This document shows, piece by piece, positions 29,885 through 39,177 of a stretch of 64,000 bases of DNA. The stretch's first letter is position 1. Every line of letters begins with the position of its first letter. Below the pieces are notes generated by a model. That model was not told the DNA's origin. It saw nothing but the letters and a program-made list of their open reading frames with translations, and did no database searches. Made by a program: the position numbers and the translations under genes. The stretch comes from an uncultured Pseudomonadales bacterium (lineage in GTDB: Bacteria > Patescibacteriota > Microgenomatia > UBA1400 > PJMF01), in the NCBI GenBank assembly GCA_964588685.1, contig CAZPQG010000001.1, forward strand, positions 6,202 through 70,201, given 5' to 3'.

Positions 29885-32800
29885 CTAATCTTCACTGTCT
29901 ATCTCTTCATCCTCAATCTCGTCGACATCTTCCTCGCTCTCCATCTCTTCTTCATCGTCAAGCAAATCATCTTCCGAAGGCTCCGCCTTAGCTTCATCAG
30001 CCTCTTGTTCATCATCAGAATTATCATCGTCATCTATCTCATCTTTTTCCTCTTCTTCATCGTCATCATCTTCATTATCTGCAGAAGCAGTGTCTTGCTC
30101 TTCAGTTTCGTCTGCTTCCTCATTTTGTTCTTGCTCGTCTTGTTCTTTATCTTCAACGTCTTCAGCTTCAGCCGCTTCTTCTGTTTCAGCTGCCTCCGCC
30201 TCGTCTTCATCTTCGTCTTCCTCTTTTTCTTGTAAATCAAGCGGAATGACATCTAAAGATAATGATTTCAATTCGCTGAGCAAAACTTTAAATGATTCAG
30301 GAATAGTCGGCGCCGGAATATCGATGCCTTTCACCATTGCCTTAAAAGCTTTAGAACGTCCTCTGACATCATCAGACTTAATGGTTAACATTTCTTGTAA
30401 ACTATGAGCCGCTTTGTGCGCTTCCAAGGCCCAGACCTCCATTTCTCCTACTCTCTGACCCCCCATTTGAGCTTTACCGCCTAATGGTTGTTGAGTGACT
30501 AAAGAATAAGGCCCGGTTGAACGAGCGTGCACTTTGTCATCAACCATATGCACTAACTTCAGCAGATAAGTAATACCGACAGCAGTTTTTTCTTGGTAAG
30601 GTTGGCCTGTTCGACCGTCTAACAACCGTACTTTACCGTCTGCGGGCAATCCGGCTTTCTCTAACTCCTGCCAAATTTTATCTTCATTAAAAGTTTCGAA
30701 TACAGGCAGGGCAACTTTATAATCTAACTTTTGTGCAGCCCAGCCTAAATGTGCCTCCAGCAACTGCCCCAAGTTCATTCTAGCTAAGACTGACAAGGGA
30801 GAAATAATTACATCAATTGGAGTACCGTCTTCTAAATAAGGCATATCAGCCATTGGCGTAATTTTAGAAATAACACCTTTATTGCCGTGACGCCCGGCCA
30901 ATTTATCTCCAACTTTGATCTTTCTTTTTTCTGCTACTCTAATCGTCGCTTGTTTTAACACTCCGGGATCAAGTTCATCGCCTTGAGCTCGATCTAAAAT
31001 TTGCACATCAATGACTGTCCCTTTTTCGCCGTGGGGCATTCGCAGAGAAGTGTCGCGCACTTCTTTTGATTTTTCACCAAAAATAGCTCTCAATAGTCTT
31101 TCTTCTGAGCTTAATTCTGTTTCGCCTTTTGGGGCTACTTTCCCTACTAAAATATCGCCTGAGCTAACTTCACTGCCAATGCGGATGATACCGTCTTCAG
31201 TTAAATTAGCTAAATAATTTTCTGAAACATTGGGGATATCATTAGTTAGTTCTTCAGGCCCTAAACGGGTATCCATTACTTGCGCTTCATGCTCACTAAT
31301 ATAAACAGAAGTCATTAGATCTTCTTTGACCAACCGGTCTGAAATGACAATCGCATCCTCATAGCCTAAACCGTCAAAAGAAGAATAAGCAATTAATAAA
31401 TTAGTACCCAAAGCTAATTCGCCTTCATCTGAAGCTGGGCCGTCGATAATTAAATCGCCTTTTTTAACTCGATCACCTACATCCACTATAGGTCTTTGTG
31501 AATAGCTAGTGCTTTGCGAGGTTCTCTCAAATTTTTTAATTTGATAGATTTCTTTATTATCTTCAAAGCTGATATTGTCTACAAAGCTTTGTTCGTGCTG
31601 CTTGCTGGCATCTTTGCGTTCAGTTTTATTGACCTCAATTACAATTTTTTGCGCATCAACATATGTCACTACGCCGCCGTGATTTGCTTCCACCGTTCGA
31701 TTCATAGCTTTAGATACAACTGATTCCATACCGGTGCCAACCACCGGCGCCTCAGGTTTGACTAAGGGTACCGCCTGGCACTGCATATGGCTGCCCATTA
31801 AAGCGCGATTGGCTTCATCATTAGCAATAAAAGGTATCAAAGAAGCAGAGGTGCCTACCACTTGGCGCGGGGTAAGATCAACAAAATCGATTTCTGTTAC
31901 CGGCCCTTCCAAGAATTGATTGTTATAACGATAAGCAACCCATTCGTTTTTTATAAAATTATCTTTGTCTAATTCAAGTTCAGCGTGACTGATTTTGCAA
32001 TCTTCTTCCTCATCAGCTGCCATATAAACAATTTCATCAGTCAGCTTCATCTTACCGTTTTTTTCCTCAACTTTACGATAAGGAGCTTCTAAAAATCCGA
32101 ATTTATTAATACGAGTGTATAATGCTAGATAAGTCACTAAACCAATATTAGGACCTTCGGGGGAACGGACAGGACAAATACGAGAATACTGAGAGACGTT
32201 AATATCTCTCATAGAAAAAGCGGCTCGTTCACGGGTTACACCGCCGCTGCCCAAAACTGACAATCTTCTTAGATTGTCAACTTCTGATAAAGGATTGGTT
32301 TGATCTAAAATGGCTGACAACCGATTACGACGGAAAAATTGAGAGACAGTAGCAATTAACGGTCGAGCATTAACTAAAGCAGAGGGAGTCAGACTTGAAT
32401 CCGTTTTAGTTAACGACATTTTTTCACGAATTGACTTTTCTAAACGAATCATGCCAACTCGAAAGGCTGTATCCTTAACCAGCTCACCAATACGGCGCAC
32501 TCTACGATTGCTTAAATGATCAATGTCATCAACTTTACCCTGTCCATTTTGTAAGCCAATTAAATAACGAATGGTCGCGGTAATATCTTCTTTGTTTAAA
32601 ACCACTGTACTTTCAGCGACATCATTTTTTAAACGCCGATTGAGCTTGTAGCGTCCTACTTCTCCTAAATTGTAGCGTCTTTCATCAAAAAAATGGGTGT
32701 GAAAATAATCTCTAGCTGTTTCGACTGTAGCCGGCTCACCCGGTCTAAGTTTTTCGTAAATTTCGATTAATGCTTGATTTTTATTGTGGGTATCATCTTT

Positions 32801-33475
32801 AGCCAGCGTATTTTCAATTAAATTATATTCATCTTCTTCAGAAATATCTTGATAAAATTCTATAATTTCTTCATCTGATTCGATCCCAAACGCACGTAAT
32901 AAAACAGTAGCAGGAATTTTACGGCGGCGATCTATTTTAACTGTGATTACATCTCTTCGGCTAACAGCAACTTCAATCCAAGATCCTCTTAACGGCCGCA
33001 GCTCTGCTAAATAATATACCTCCCCTGTATTCCGGTATTCTTCACCAGAGAAAAAGACCCCCGGTGATCTCACCAACTGGGTCACTATTCCTCGCTCAAT
33101 ACCATTAATAATAAAAGTCCCCACGGGAGTCATTCTTGGAATATCGCCCATGAATACTTCCTGGGTGCGACGCTCTCCTGTTCTCTTATTAGTGAGCGTA
33201 GCTTCAACATATAAAGCAGTTTCGTAAGTTAAATTTTTTTCCTTAGCTTCAGCTACTGTATATTTTGGTTCTCTAAAATGATACGAGCCAAATTTAAGAG
33301 CCCAATTTTTACCAGTATAATCTTCAATGCCTTTTTCTGCGTTGACTTGAGTCAAAGATTCTTTAATACCATTTGTTAAAAAATTATCATAACTTTCAAT
33401 CTGTAAACCTATCAAATCAAGTTCAGGTAGAACTTTATATTTTTTCCCCCAATATTGACGTTGGCTATTTTCCAT
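29885..33475 (-). CDS. rpoB: DNA-directed RNA polymerase beta subunit with ~120-aa hyper-acidic C-terminal extension
   Basis: RpoB motifs throughout. Start placed at the ATG for MENSQRQYW (33473-33475) with AAAGGAG 5 nt upstream; the track's upstream ATG at 33505 is also possible. C-terminus EKEEDEDEDEAEAAETEE...EEIDSED. Confidence 0.93.
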   Translation of the reverse strand: MENSQRQYWGKKYKVLPELDLIGLQIESYDNFLTNGIKESLTQVNAEKGIEDYTGKNWALKFGSYHFREPKYTVAEAKEKNLTYETALYVEATLTNKRTGERRTQEVFMGDIPRMTPVGTFIINGIERGIVTQLVRSPGVFFSGEEYRNTGEVYYLAELRPLRGSWIEVAVSRRDVITVKIDRRRKIPATVLLRAFGIESDEEIIEFYQDISEEDEYNLIENTLAKDDTHNKNQALIEIYEKLRPGEPATVETARDYFHTHFFDERRYNLGEVGRYKLNRRLKNDVAESTVVLNKEDITATIRYLIGLQNGQGKVDDIDHLSNRRVRRIGELVKDTAFRVGMIRLEKSIREKMSLTKTDSSLTPSALVNARPLIATVSQFFRRNRLSAILDQTNPLSEVDNLRRLSVLGSGGVTRERAAFSMRDINVSQYSRICPVRSPEGPNIGLVTYLALYTRINKFGFLEAPYRKVEEKNGKMKLTDEIVYMAADEEEDCKISHAELELDKDNFIKNEWVAYRYNNQFLEGPVTEIDFVDLTPRQVVGTSASLIPFIANDEANRALMGSHMQCQAVPLVKPEAPVVGTGMESVVSKAMNRTVEANHGGVVTYVDAQKIVIEVNKTERKDASKQHEQSFVDNISFEDNKEIYQIKKFERTSQSTSYSQRPIVDVGDRVKKGDLIIDGPASDEGELALGTNLLIAYSSFDGLGYEDAIVISDRLVKEDLMTSVYISEHEAQVMDTRLGPEELTNDIPNVSENYLANLTEDGIIRIGSEVSSGDILVGKVAPKGETELSSEERLLRAIFGEKSKEVRDTSLRMPHGEKGTVIDVQILDRAQGDELDPGVLKQATIRVAEKRKIKVGDKLAGRHGNKGVISKITPMADMPYLEDGTPIDVIISPLSVLARMNLGQLLEAHLGWAAQKLDYKVALPVFETFNEDKIWQELEKAGLPADGKVRLLDGRTGQPYQEKTAVGITYLLKLVHMVDDKVHARSTGPYSLVTQQPLGGKAQMGGQRVGEMEVWALEAHKAAHSLQEMLTIKSDDVRGRSKAFKAMVKGIDIPAPTIPESFKVLLSELKSLSLDVIPLDLQEKEEDEDEDEAEAAETEEAAEAEDVEDKEQDEQEQNEEADETEEQDTASADNEDDDDEEEEKDEIDDDDNSDDEQEADEAKAEPSEDDLLDDEEEMESEEDVDEIEDEEIDSED

Positions 33476-33940
33476 GAAGGCTCCTTTAAATGAACTGGTT
33501 GACAATTAATGTTAAATTTAATTAAATAAATATTTAAATCTAAATAAAGTAAATTTAAAGTAAACTTAAGACTAAAAATATCTCTATATAAATAGACAAT
33601 TAACCTCAAGAGGCTGACTAGCGGCCTCTATAAACTAGCTTAAAATTAATTTTGAGAAATCACAAAAATTTGTGTGAATTTATAACTGAGCTGAATTATT
33701 TCTATTCCCTTTTGATTAATAAATTAAATGTTTGACTAAATATTTACGTTTTATATTTTTTATTTTTTAGTGCAAGCTCTTCTAAACAGCAGATTTAAAC
33801 TGCTATTTGCAATCTTATAAAATTTCTAAGCGTAAATTTTTTCTTGAAGCTTCAATTAAAATTTAACTTTTAATTTTTAAATCTTTTTTACTATTTTTAT
33901 GCCTGCTTGCATAAAAGCGTATTTTATCAGCTGCCTGTTT

Positions 33941-34981
33941 CTAACGCAAGTATTGATTTATATTTTGATTATGATCTTGAAGAGTTTCTCCAAAGTGAAT
34001 TCGCCCTTGTCGATCATGAAGGTAAAAAAGGTATGACGATAATTGAGGATTAAGTGCTGCAGTAAAAGCATTTAAACTTGGGTTGCAAATTGGGCGTGGG
34101 GGCAAACCTGGATTTTGATAAGTATTAAATTTTGAATCGATTTCTTTATCAGCAGCAGAAGGAGCTGACCACCAACTACCGGTTTCTTCATTATAACCGG
34201 CTGCATATTGTAAAGTAGCATCAACCTGCAAAGGCATCCCTCTTTCCAAGCGCTTCCATAAAACTCCCGAAATTAACTCCAATTGTTCAACATCTTGCGC
34301 TTCTCTCTCTAAAAGAGAAGCCATTGTCAAAATTTCATTAAAAGAATGATCGGATTGTTCTATTTGAGATTGTAAAGGCTCTATTTTTTTCTCAAAAGTA
34401 TTGTGCATTAAATTAATCAAGGCTTGAGTAGTAATTTCTTTAGGTACTAGATATGTATCGGGGAAGAGCTGCCCTTCTAATGATACTGTCTGGGCCAAAA
34501 ATTCTTCAGTGTCATAATCAAGCAGTGGATATTCTGCTAAGCTTTGATCAATTTCTTCACGCCTTAGGCCTTCAGGTAAAGTAATCCATAAATCGTCGCT
34601 GCCTTCACTTAAAATTTCTAAGATAGTAGGAGCATCCATGGCCGGCGACAACTCAAAACTGCCAGCTTGTATCTGCGTTTTAGTTTGCTTTAATTTATAA
34701 TAAATTTTAAAAACCAGAGAACTTTTAATTAAATTTTCCTGTTCCAATTTTTCACTGATGGCACTCACCGGCTCACCTTTTTGCACTACAAATCTTTTTA
34801 ATTGATTATCAGCCGGATTCGGAGCTTGTAATAAGATCATTCCAATTAAAACAGCTGCGGTCACCAGCACGGCAACAGCCGCCACAGCTATCAAGGCTGT
34901 TTTTAAAAACTTAATTTTATTAACTTTATTTACTGAATTTGCCGGCATAATATTCAATAAGTTAGATATTATTTTAAACAA
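33941..34981 (-). CDS. mltG: endolytic murein transglycosylase MltG (YceG-like)
   Basis: N-terminal TM anchor plus signature ...FNTYQNPGLPPRPICNPS...; the start may be the internal MPANS. Confidence 0.8.
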   Translation of the reverse strand: MFKIISNLLNIMPANSVNKVNKIKFLKTALIAVAAVAVLVTAAVLIGMILLQAPNPADNQLKRFVVQKGEPVSAISEKLEQENLIKSSLVFKIYYKLKQTKTQIQAGSFELSPAMDAPTILEILSEGSDDLWITLPEGLRREEIDQSLAEYPLLDYDTEEFLAQTVSLEGQLFPDTYLVPKEITTQALINLMHNTFEKKIEPLQSQIEQSDHSFNEILTMASLLEREAQDVEQLELISGVLWKRLERGMPLQVDATLQYAAGYNEETGSWWSAPSAADKEIDSKFNTYQNPGLPPRPICNPSLNAFTAALNPQLSSYLFYLHDRQGRIHFGETLQDHNQNINQYLR

Positions 34982-35167
34982 TCTTTTCTTTTTTCTCTTT
35001 AGATACTCCTATCATAGGTATTGAGTATGATATTCACACTAAGTTCATTAAGTTTAACACAGTTTTTAAAAGATGAGAAATTATTAATCTATTGTATTCT
35101 GCAAAGCTTTTATTAGTCAATTTTTTTACTGCTATTATTTAAGCCAATCAAAGTTTTTATGATAACT

Positions 35168-35572
35168 TCAATGATAGTTATTTTTATGGACAGCCATCCA
35201 TTCCTCAAGAATATAAGCGGCTGAATAATGATCTATTTTCTCAGGTAAAGCTTTATTTCTTTGTAAAAATCTTTTCTTAACCTGCTTAGTTGATAGAGTT
35301 TCATCAAAATGCTCAATAGGAATTGAAAGTTGTGATTGTAATTTTTGGCTAAAGCTGCGAATTTTGGCAGCAGTCTCCTTTTCAGAAATACCAATGATTA
35401 TTTTTTTTATTTCTTCTTCTTGACAAAACCGTATAATGTCTTTGATGGCTTGGTTTTGCTGCTGATATTCAATCACTTTTACGGGAACAGCCAGCGGGCC
35501 ATGAGAAACAGCCAAACCAATTCTTTTAGTGCCGTAATCAATGGCCAGTATTGTTTTCTGATTCTGATTCAT
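35168..35572 (-). CDS. ruvX: RuvX/YqgF family putative pre-16S rRNA nuclease (Holliday junction resolvase-like)
   Basis: MNQNQKTILAIDYGTKRIGLAVSHG... RNase H-like fold motif. Confidence 0.8.
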   Translation of the reverse strand: MNQNQKTILAIDYGTKRIGLAVSHGPLAVPVKVIEYQQQNQAIKDIIRFCQEEEIKKIIIGISEKETAAKIRSFSQKLQSQLSIPIEHFDETLSTKQVKKRFLQRNKALPEKIDHYSAAYILEEWMAVHKNNYH

Positions 35573-35728
35573 TATTGAACAAGCTTTGAGTTAATTTATA
35601 AATTTAATAATTTTACTTTAAACCTAGTTCTTTATAATTGAAACTTATCAAAGCTTGTTGGTCAAAATCTAGTAGTTATTCTAAAGCTTATTTTATAAGC
35701 GTGTGCTATAGCTGCCTGTATTTTACAA

Positions 35729-36694
35729 CTACTCTTTTACCAATTGGGCTGTCACCACCCCTCTTCTTAAATAAGTACCTTCAGGCACACAAGTAACTAA
35801 TTTTAATTGAGAACTATCATAATCTTGCGAAAGAATGTAAGTATCAGTTGGTTTGACTTCTTTTTTGTCAATTACTGTGTAAGTATATTTAACATCATTG
35901 TAGATTAAATAGATTCTATCTCCGGGCTCCAAAGTCATGATAGTACTAAAGATAGAATTATACCGTCTGGGATTAGTTTCTTTAGGATTGTAAAACCGAC
36001 GCAGAATAGAATGGCCGAAAATAACTGGTGAACCCGGTTTACCGGGAAGAGAAGTGCCCGGATATTGAATCAGGCTTTCATCTAAATTAACGCCTCCAAT
36101 TTTTACCACTGCATTATTAACATCTAACTCAGGTATTTCCAAAATATACTCACCGACCTGCTGAGACAACAAGCTGGTGCGATTAACCAAATCGGTTACC
36201 ATTTGATTTTCAAACCAGTTTGACAAATTCGTATAATCAAGCTCAGCATCAACAATAACAGGCCCTTTTTTAATTTGACCCATCTCTTGTGAAAGATCGC
36301 CTGTCATAGCAGTCTGGGCTACTACATAAGGAGTGGTGCTAATAACTTCTTCTTTGGGAATAGGTGCGATTAAAGCAGGACTTGTGGGCAAACTTCTTAA
36401 ATAAAAGCCGGCAATTGGTACCACAGCACTGCCTAATAAAAATAAGCCAACTACAATTAAAAAAATCGGTACAGAGCTAGCGCCAAATCTTATAATACGG
36501 GGAACTGATTTTTTTAGCTGTCGGCTATGCTGATCATCAATATTCTGCTGCACCTTTTCTGCTATAACTAATCGAGTTAATTTCTTTGATACTTCAGCCT
36601 CGACTTCTTCATAAGTCCCAAATTTTAGCAAAGCCTCCCGGTAAAGTTGAACTAGTTCCTGGCGGTCTATCCCTAAATTATCTAACTTTGACAT
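35729..36694 (-). CDS. sortase family transpeptidase with N-terminal membrane anchor
   Basis: TM segment (IFLIVVGLFLLGSAVV); catalytic triad context PVIFGHSILRRF (His), LKLVTCVPEGTYLRRG (TLxTC Cys plus Arg). Confidence 0.7.
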   Translation of the reverse strand: MSKLDNLGIDRQELVQLYREALLKFGTYEEVEAEVSKKLTRLVIAEKVQQNIDDQHSRQLKKSVPRIIRFGASSVPIFLIVVGLFLLGSAVVPIAGFYLRSLPTSPALIAPIPKEEVISTTPYVVAQTAMTGDLSQEMGQIKKGPVIVDAELDYTNLSNWFENQMVTDLVNRTSLLSQQVGEYILEIPELDVNNAVVKIGGVNLDESLIQYPGTSLPGKPGSPVIFGHSILRRFYNPKETNPRRYNSIFSTIMTLEPGDRIYLIYNDVKYTYTVIDKKEVKPTDTYILSQDYDSSQLKLVTCVPEGTYLRRGVVTAQLVKE

Positions 36695-36699
36695 AAGCT

Positions 36700-39108
36700 T
36701 TAATTGATTTTAATCTCGATGCGGTCAGCTTGTTTAGGCAGCGATGAGAATAAGCGCCTCGTATAAAAAGGGCTGTAAACAAAAGCTACCTCTTTAATAA
36801 CTTCTTCCTCTCTGCTAATAACTTCAGCCTCCTCAAGTGATAAACCTAATAAACGCTGCAGCAAATCCTCTTCCTTAATTTCAGCTCTTGCTTCTCCTGA
36901 AATTTCTATTTCAAGTCCAATTTGATCCTGATCTTCAGTAATTAAATCAGAGGTATGTGTAAAGCTGTCATCAACAAAAACATAATCTTCAGGCGCCTCA
37001 CTTAGCAAAATTTTTTTTGCTAATTCTTGCAAATCTTCACTGGTATAACTTAAGGCTTGCAGAGACAAAGTTAAGCTCAAACTAACTTCTTCCACCTCAT
37101 CGCCAATCTCGTGACTATACTCTTTTGCAGTTATTTGATAATTATCCGTCGGTACGATGTGTTGATTATGATCGGATTGATCATTTAATTGCTCTTGAGC
37201 TTGCTGCAACAGCCTTTTTTCAAGAGTATCCAGCAATTCTTGATAATCTTCTTCAGCCACCACTCTAATCTCTCTACTTAAACCACCACTGAAATCTTCT
37301 TCCGCTTTGGCCGCATAAGTATTTTCGCCGAAATTATCAATACTTAGTTCAGTATCTTTGCTAATATTACTTTCTGCTCCAATGTCTGCAGCCGTAACCA
37401 GAAGTTCTTTTTCTCTGCCAAATTCTTTTATTTCAGCTTCCCCGTCTTCAGTTTCCTCAGTAGTGGCCGCAGGCACGGTAACTTCTTCAGCCAATTCAAA
37501 CTCTAAATCATCAATGCTTAAACTAGTGCCCGAAGTAAAAGTTTTAGCCTCATTAGTTTTATTAAAAATTGTGACTGTACCCTCAGCTTTTTCCCCTGTT
37601 TCTTTAACGCCAGTAGTTTGTATTGTTTCTTCGCCGGTCACTTCTTCTTGAATTACAGCAGCTTTTAACAACTTATTCTCTGCATCAGATTCAGCAATCT
37701 CAGAATTTAAAACAATAAAAGTTTCTTGAGCCAGCGTCTCAGTATGAGGAGTTATTTCCAAAGCCACTTTATAATTCATGCTTAATAAAACGAAATATAT
37801 TAAGGCAGAAACAATCAAACCTACTAAAGCACCACCGATGGCTATTAATTTAAAAAATTTTGCCCCTTTCTTTTTTTGTTTTCTGCTTGATTTATCTTGA
37901 AAGGAGGGAGGATCAGAACCATCATCTTGCGCTCGGGCAGCTGCTGTCTGTTTTTTGGAAAATTTATCCGGCTCAGCCGGCCGCAAGTTGTCGTTTCTTT
38001 CATCTTGTGCCGCTTGATCTGATATTGATGAAGTTGAGTCTTCTGTTACGCCTTGACTCTTGGCCATAGTTTGTTTAATTGGAACTCCAAAGCTGGCTTG
38101 TTGAACCTCCTCTTGTTTTTGCTCTGCCTGCTCAGTTTGTTCAACAGCCGAATCTTCACTATGAGCAGGCTCTGATGCTGCATCCGGCAAAGAATCAGTG
38201 GCTAAAAATGTTTTGCTTGTCACAGTTGCATCAGTTGAATTCCCAATTTCACCGTCTGAAATCAACCCTTTTTGTTTAGCAACAGCCTTACCATAATGTT
38301 TAGTCACAATCTCCAGCAGCTGATCAGGAGCAATAATTTCAACGATTGGCTTTTGTACAAAATTAAAATCTTCAGTCCAATCCAGTGAGAAAAGCCGTTG
38401 TTGATAAAGTCTTAATTTTTCCTGGTCAATCATGGCTGATGATAAAACTATATTGGCCGGTAATTTATTACCGTTGGCAGCAAAATCTTGTTCTAAACGC
38501 GCCAGTGCTTCCTGTAAATCAGACACTATATCTTGAGATCGACCAACCGACAAAGACCCAACCACTTGTCCTTGACGTACCACCAACAAATCTAAAAAGT
38601 TAGAACCCACATACAACAAAATCGAAGACAAAAAAGTATTACTCTTGATTAAATGTTGAAAAATAGCTTGCGTGATCAAAACAAAACCGACTGGTTTTAA
38701 TGACAGTGCATCTGTCAGCTTTTTAATTTCTTTTTCGTGAGCAGCAGAAATTTTATTATTCTCTACCCAATGAGATTCAAAAGCGAATAATATTTCATTT
38801 GTTTTTTCGGATTTGCTGCCTAGATCTTGAAGGCTTTCATCCATTTGCAGCACTTGTTCTTTGGGAGTATTGTAAAATCTGACTTTAGATTTACTTAGCA
38901 AAATTATTCTTTCTTCAAATACTTGCCACAAGCTTGAATGAATTGACTGGTCAGTCAATAAAGTTAAAAAGAATAACTTGTCCTTTTTCAGATTTTTTTT
39001 AGAAAAAATTTTTGGCAGGCCCATATTATGGTCATTATACAATATATTTATCAATAAGGTGTGAAGGGCAATAAACTCTGTGGGACGGTCCTTAACGGGC
39101 TTCCCCAT
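36700..39108 (-). CDS. hypothetical 802-aa bitopic protein: N-terminal degenerate PilM/FtsA-like actin-fold domain, one TM helix, ~360-aa highly acidic extracytoplasmic C-terminal domain
   Basis: Residues ~160-200 (LLYVGSNFLDLLVVRQGQVVGSLSVGRSQDIVSDLQEAL) align with the PilM/FtsA phosphate-2 region (…DIG…T.L.V..G…GG..L…I…). TM at FFKLIAIGGALVGLIVSALIYFVLL preceded by a KKKGAK patch (N-in). C-terminal region D/E/T-rich with no LPXTG motif. Confidence 0.45.
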   Translation of the reverse strand: MGKPVKDRPTEFIALHTLLINILYNDHNMGLPKIFSKKNLKKDKLFFLTLLTDQSIHSSLWQVFEERIILLSKSKVRFYNTPKEQVLQMDESLQDLGSKSEKTNEILFAFESHWVENNKISAAHEKEIKKLTDALSLKPVGFVLITQAIFQHLIKSNTFLSSILLYVGSNFLDLLVVRQGQVVGSLSVGRSQDIVSDLQEALARLEQDFAANGNKLPANIVLSSAMIDQEKLRLYQQRLFSLDWTEDFNFVQKPIVEIIAPDQLLEIVTKHYGKAVAKQKGLISDGEIGNSTDATVTSKTFLATDSLPDAASEPAHSEDSAVEQTEQAEQKQEEVQQASFGVPIKQTMAKSQGVTEDSTSSISDQAAQDERNDNLRPAEPDKFSKKQTAAARAQDDGSDPPSFQDKSSRKQKKKGAKFFKLIAIGGALVGLIVSALIYFVLLSMNYKVALEITPHTETLAQETFIVLNSEIAESDAENKLLKAAVIQEEVTGEETIQTTGVKETGEKAEGTVTIFNKTNEAKTFTSGTSLSIDDLEFELAEEVTVPAATTEETEDGEAEIKEFGREKELLVTAADIGAESNISKDTELSIDNFGENTYAAKAEEDFSGGLSREIRVVAEEDYQELLDTLEKRLLQQAQEQLNDQSDHNQHIVPTDNYQITAKEYSHEIGDEVEEVSLSLTLSLQALSYTSEDLQELAKKILLSEAPEDYVFVDDSFTHTSDLITEDQDQIGLEIEISGEARAEIKEEDLLQRLLGLSLEEAEVISREEEVIKEVAFVYSPFYTRRLFSSLPKQADRIEIKIN

Positions 39109-39177
39109 TTTGATTTGTTTCTCCCTCTCAGCAGGACAAGCTTGGGAGGAAAATCAGAATAAAAATTATCAAATAGC

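Noticed and set aside
33506-33940. Possible ncRNA/riboswitch or missing rplJL leader in the 435-bp AT-rich spacer upstream of rpoB
   Set aside because: Only short hairpins (e.g. agaggc…gcctct at ~33606-33628). No recognisable conserved RNA motif or ORF. Most likely promoter/UTR sequence.
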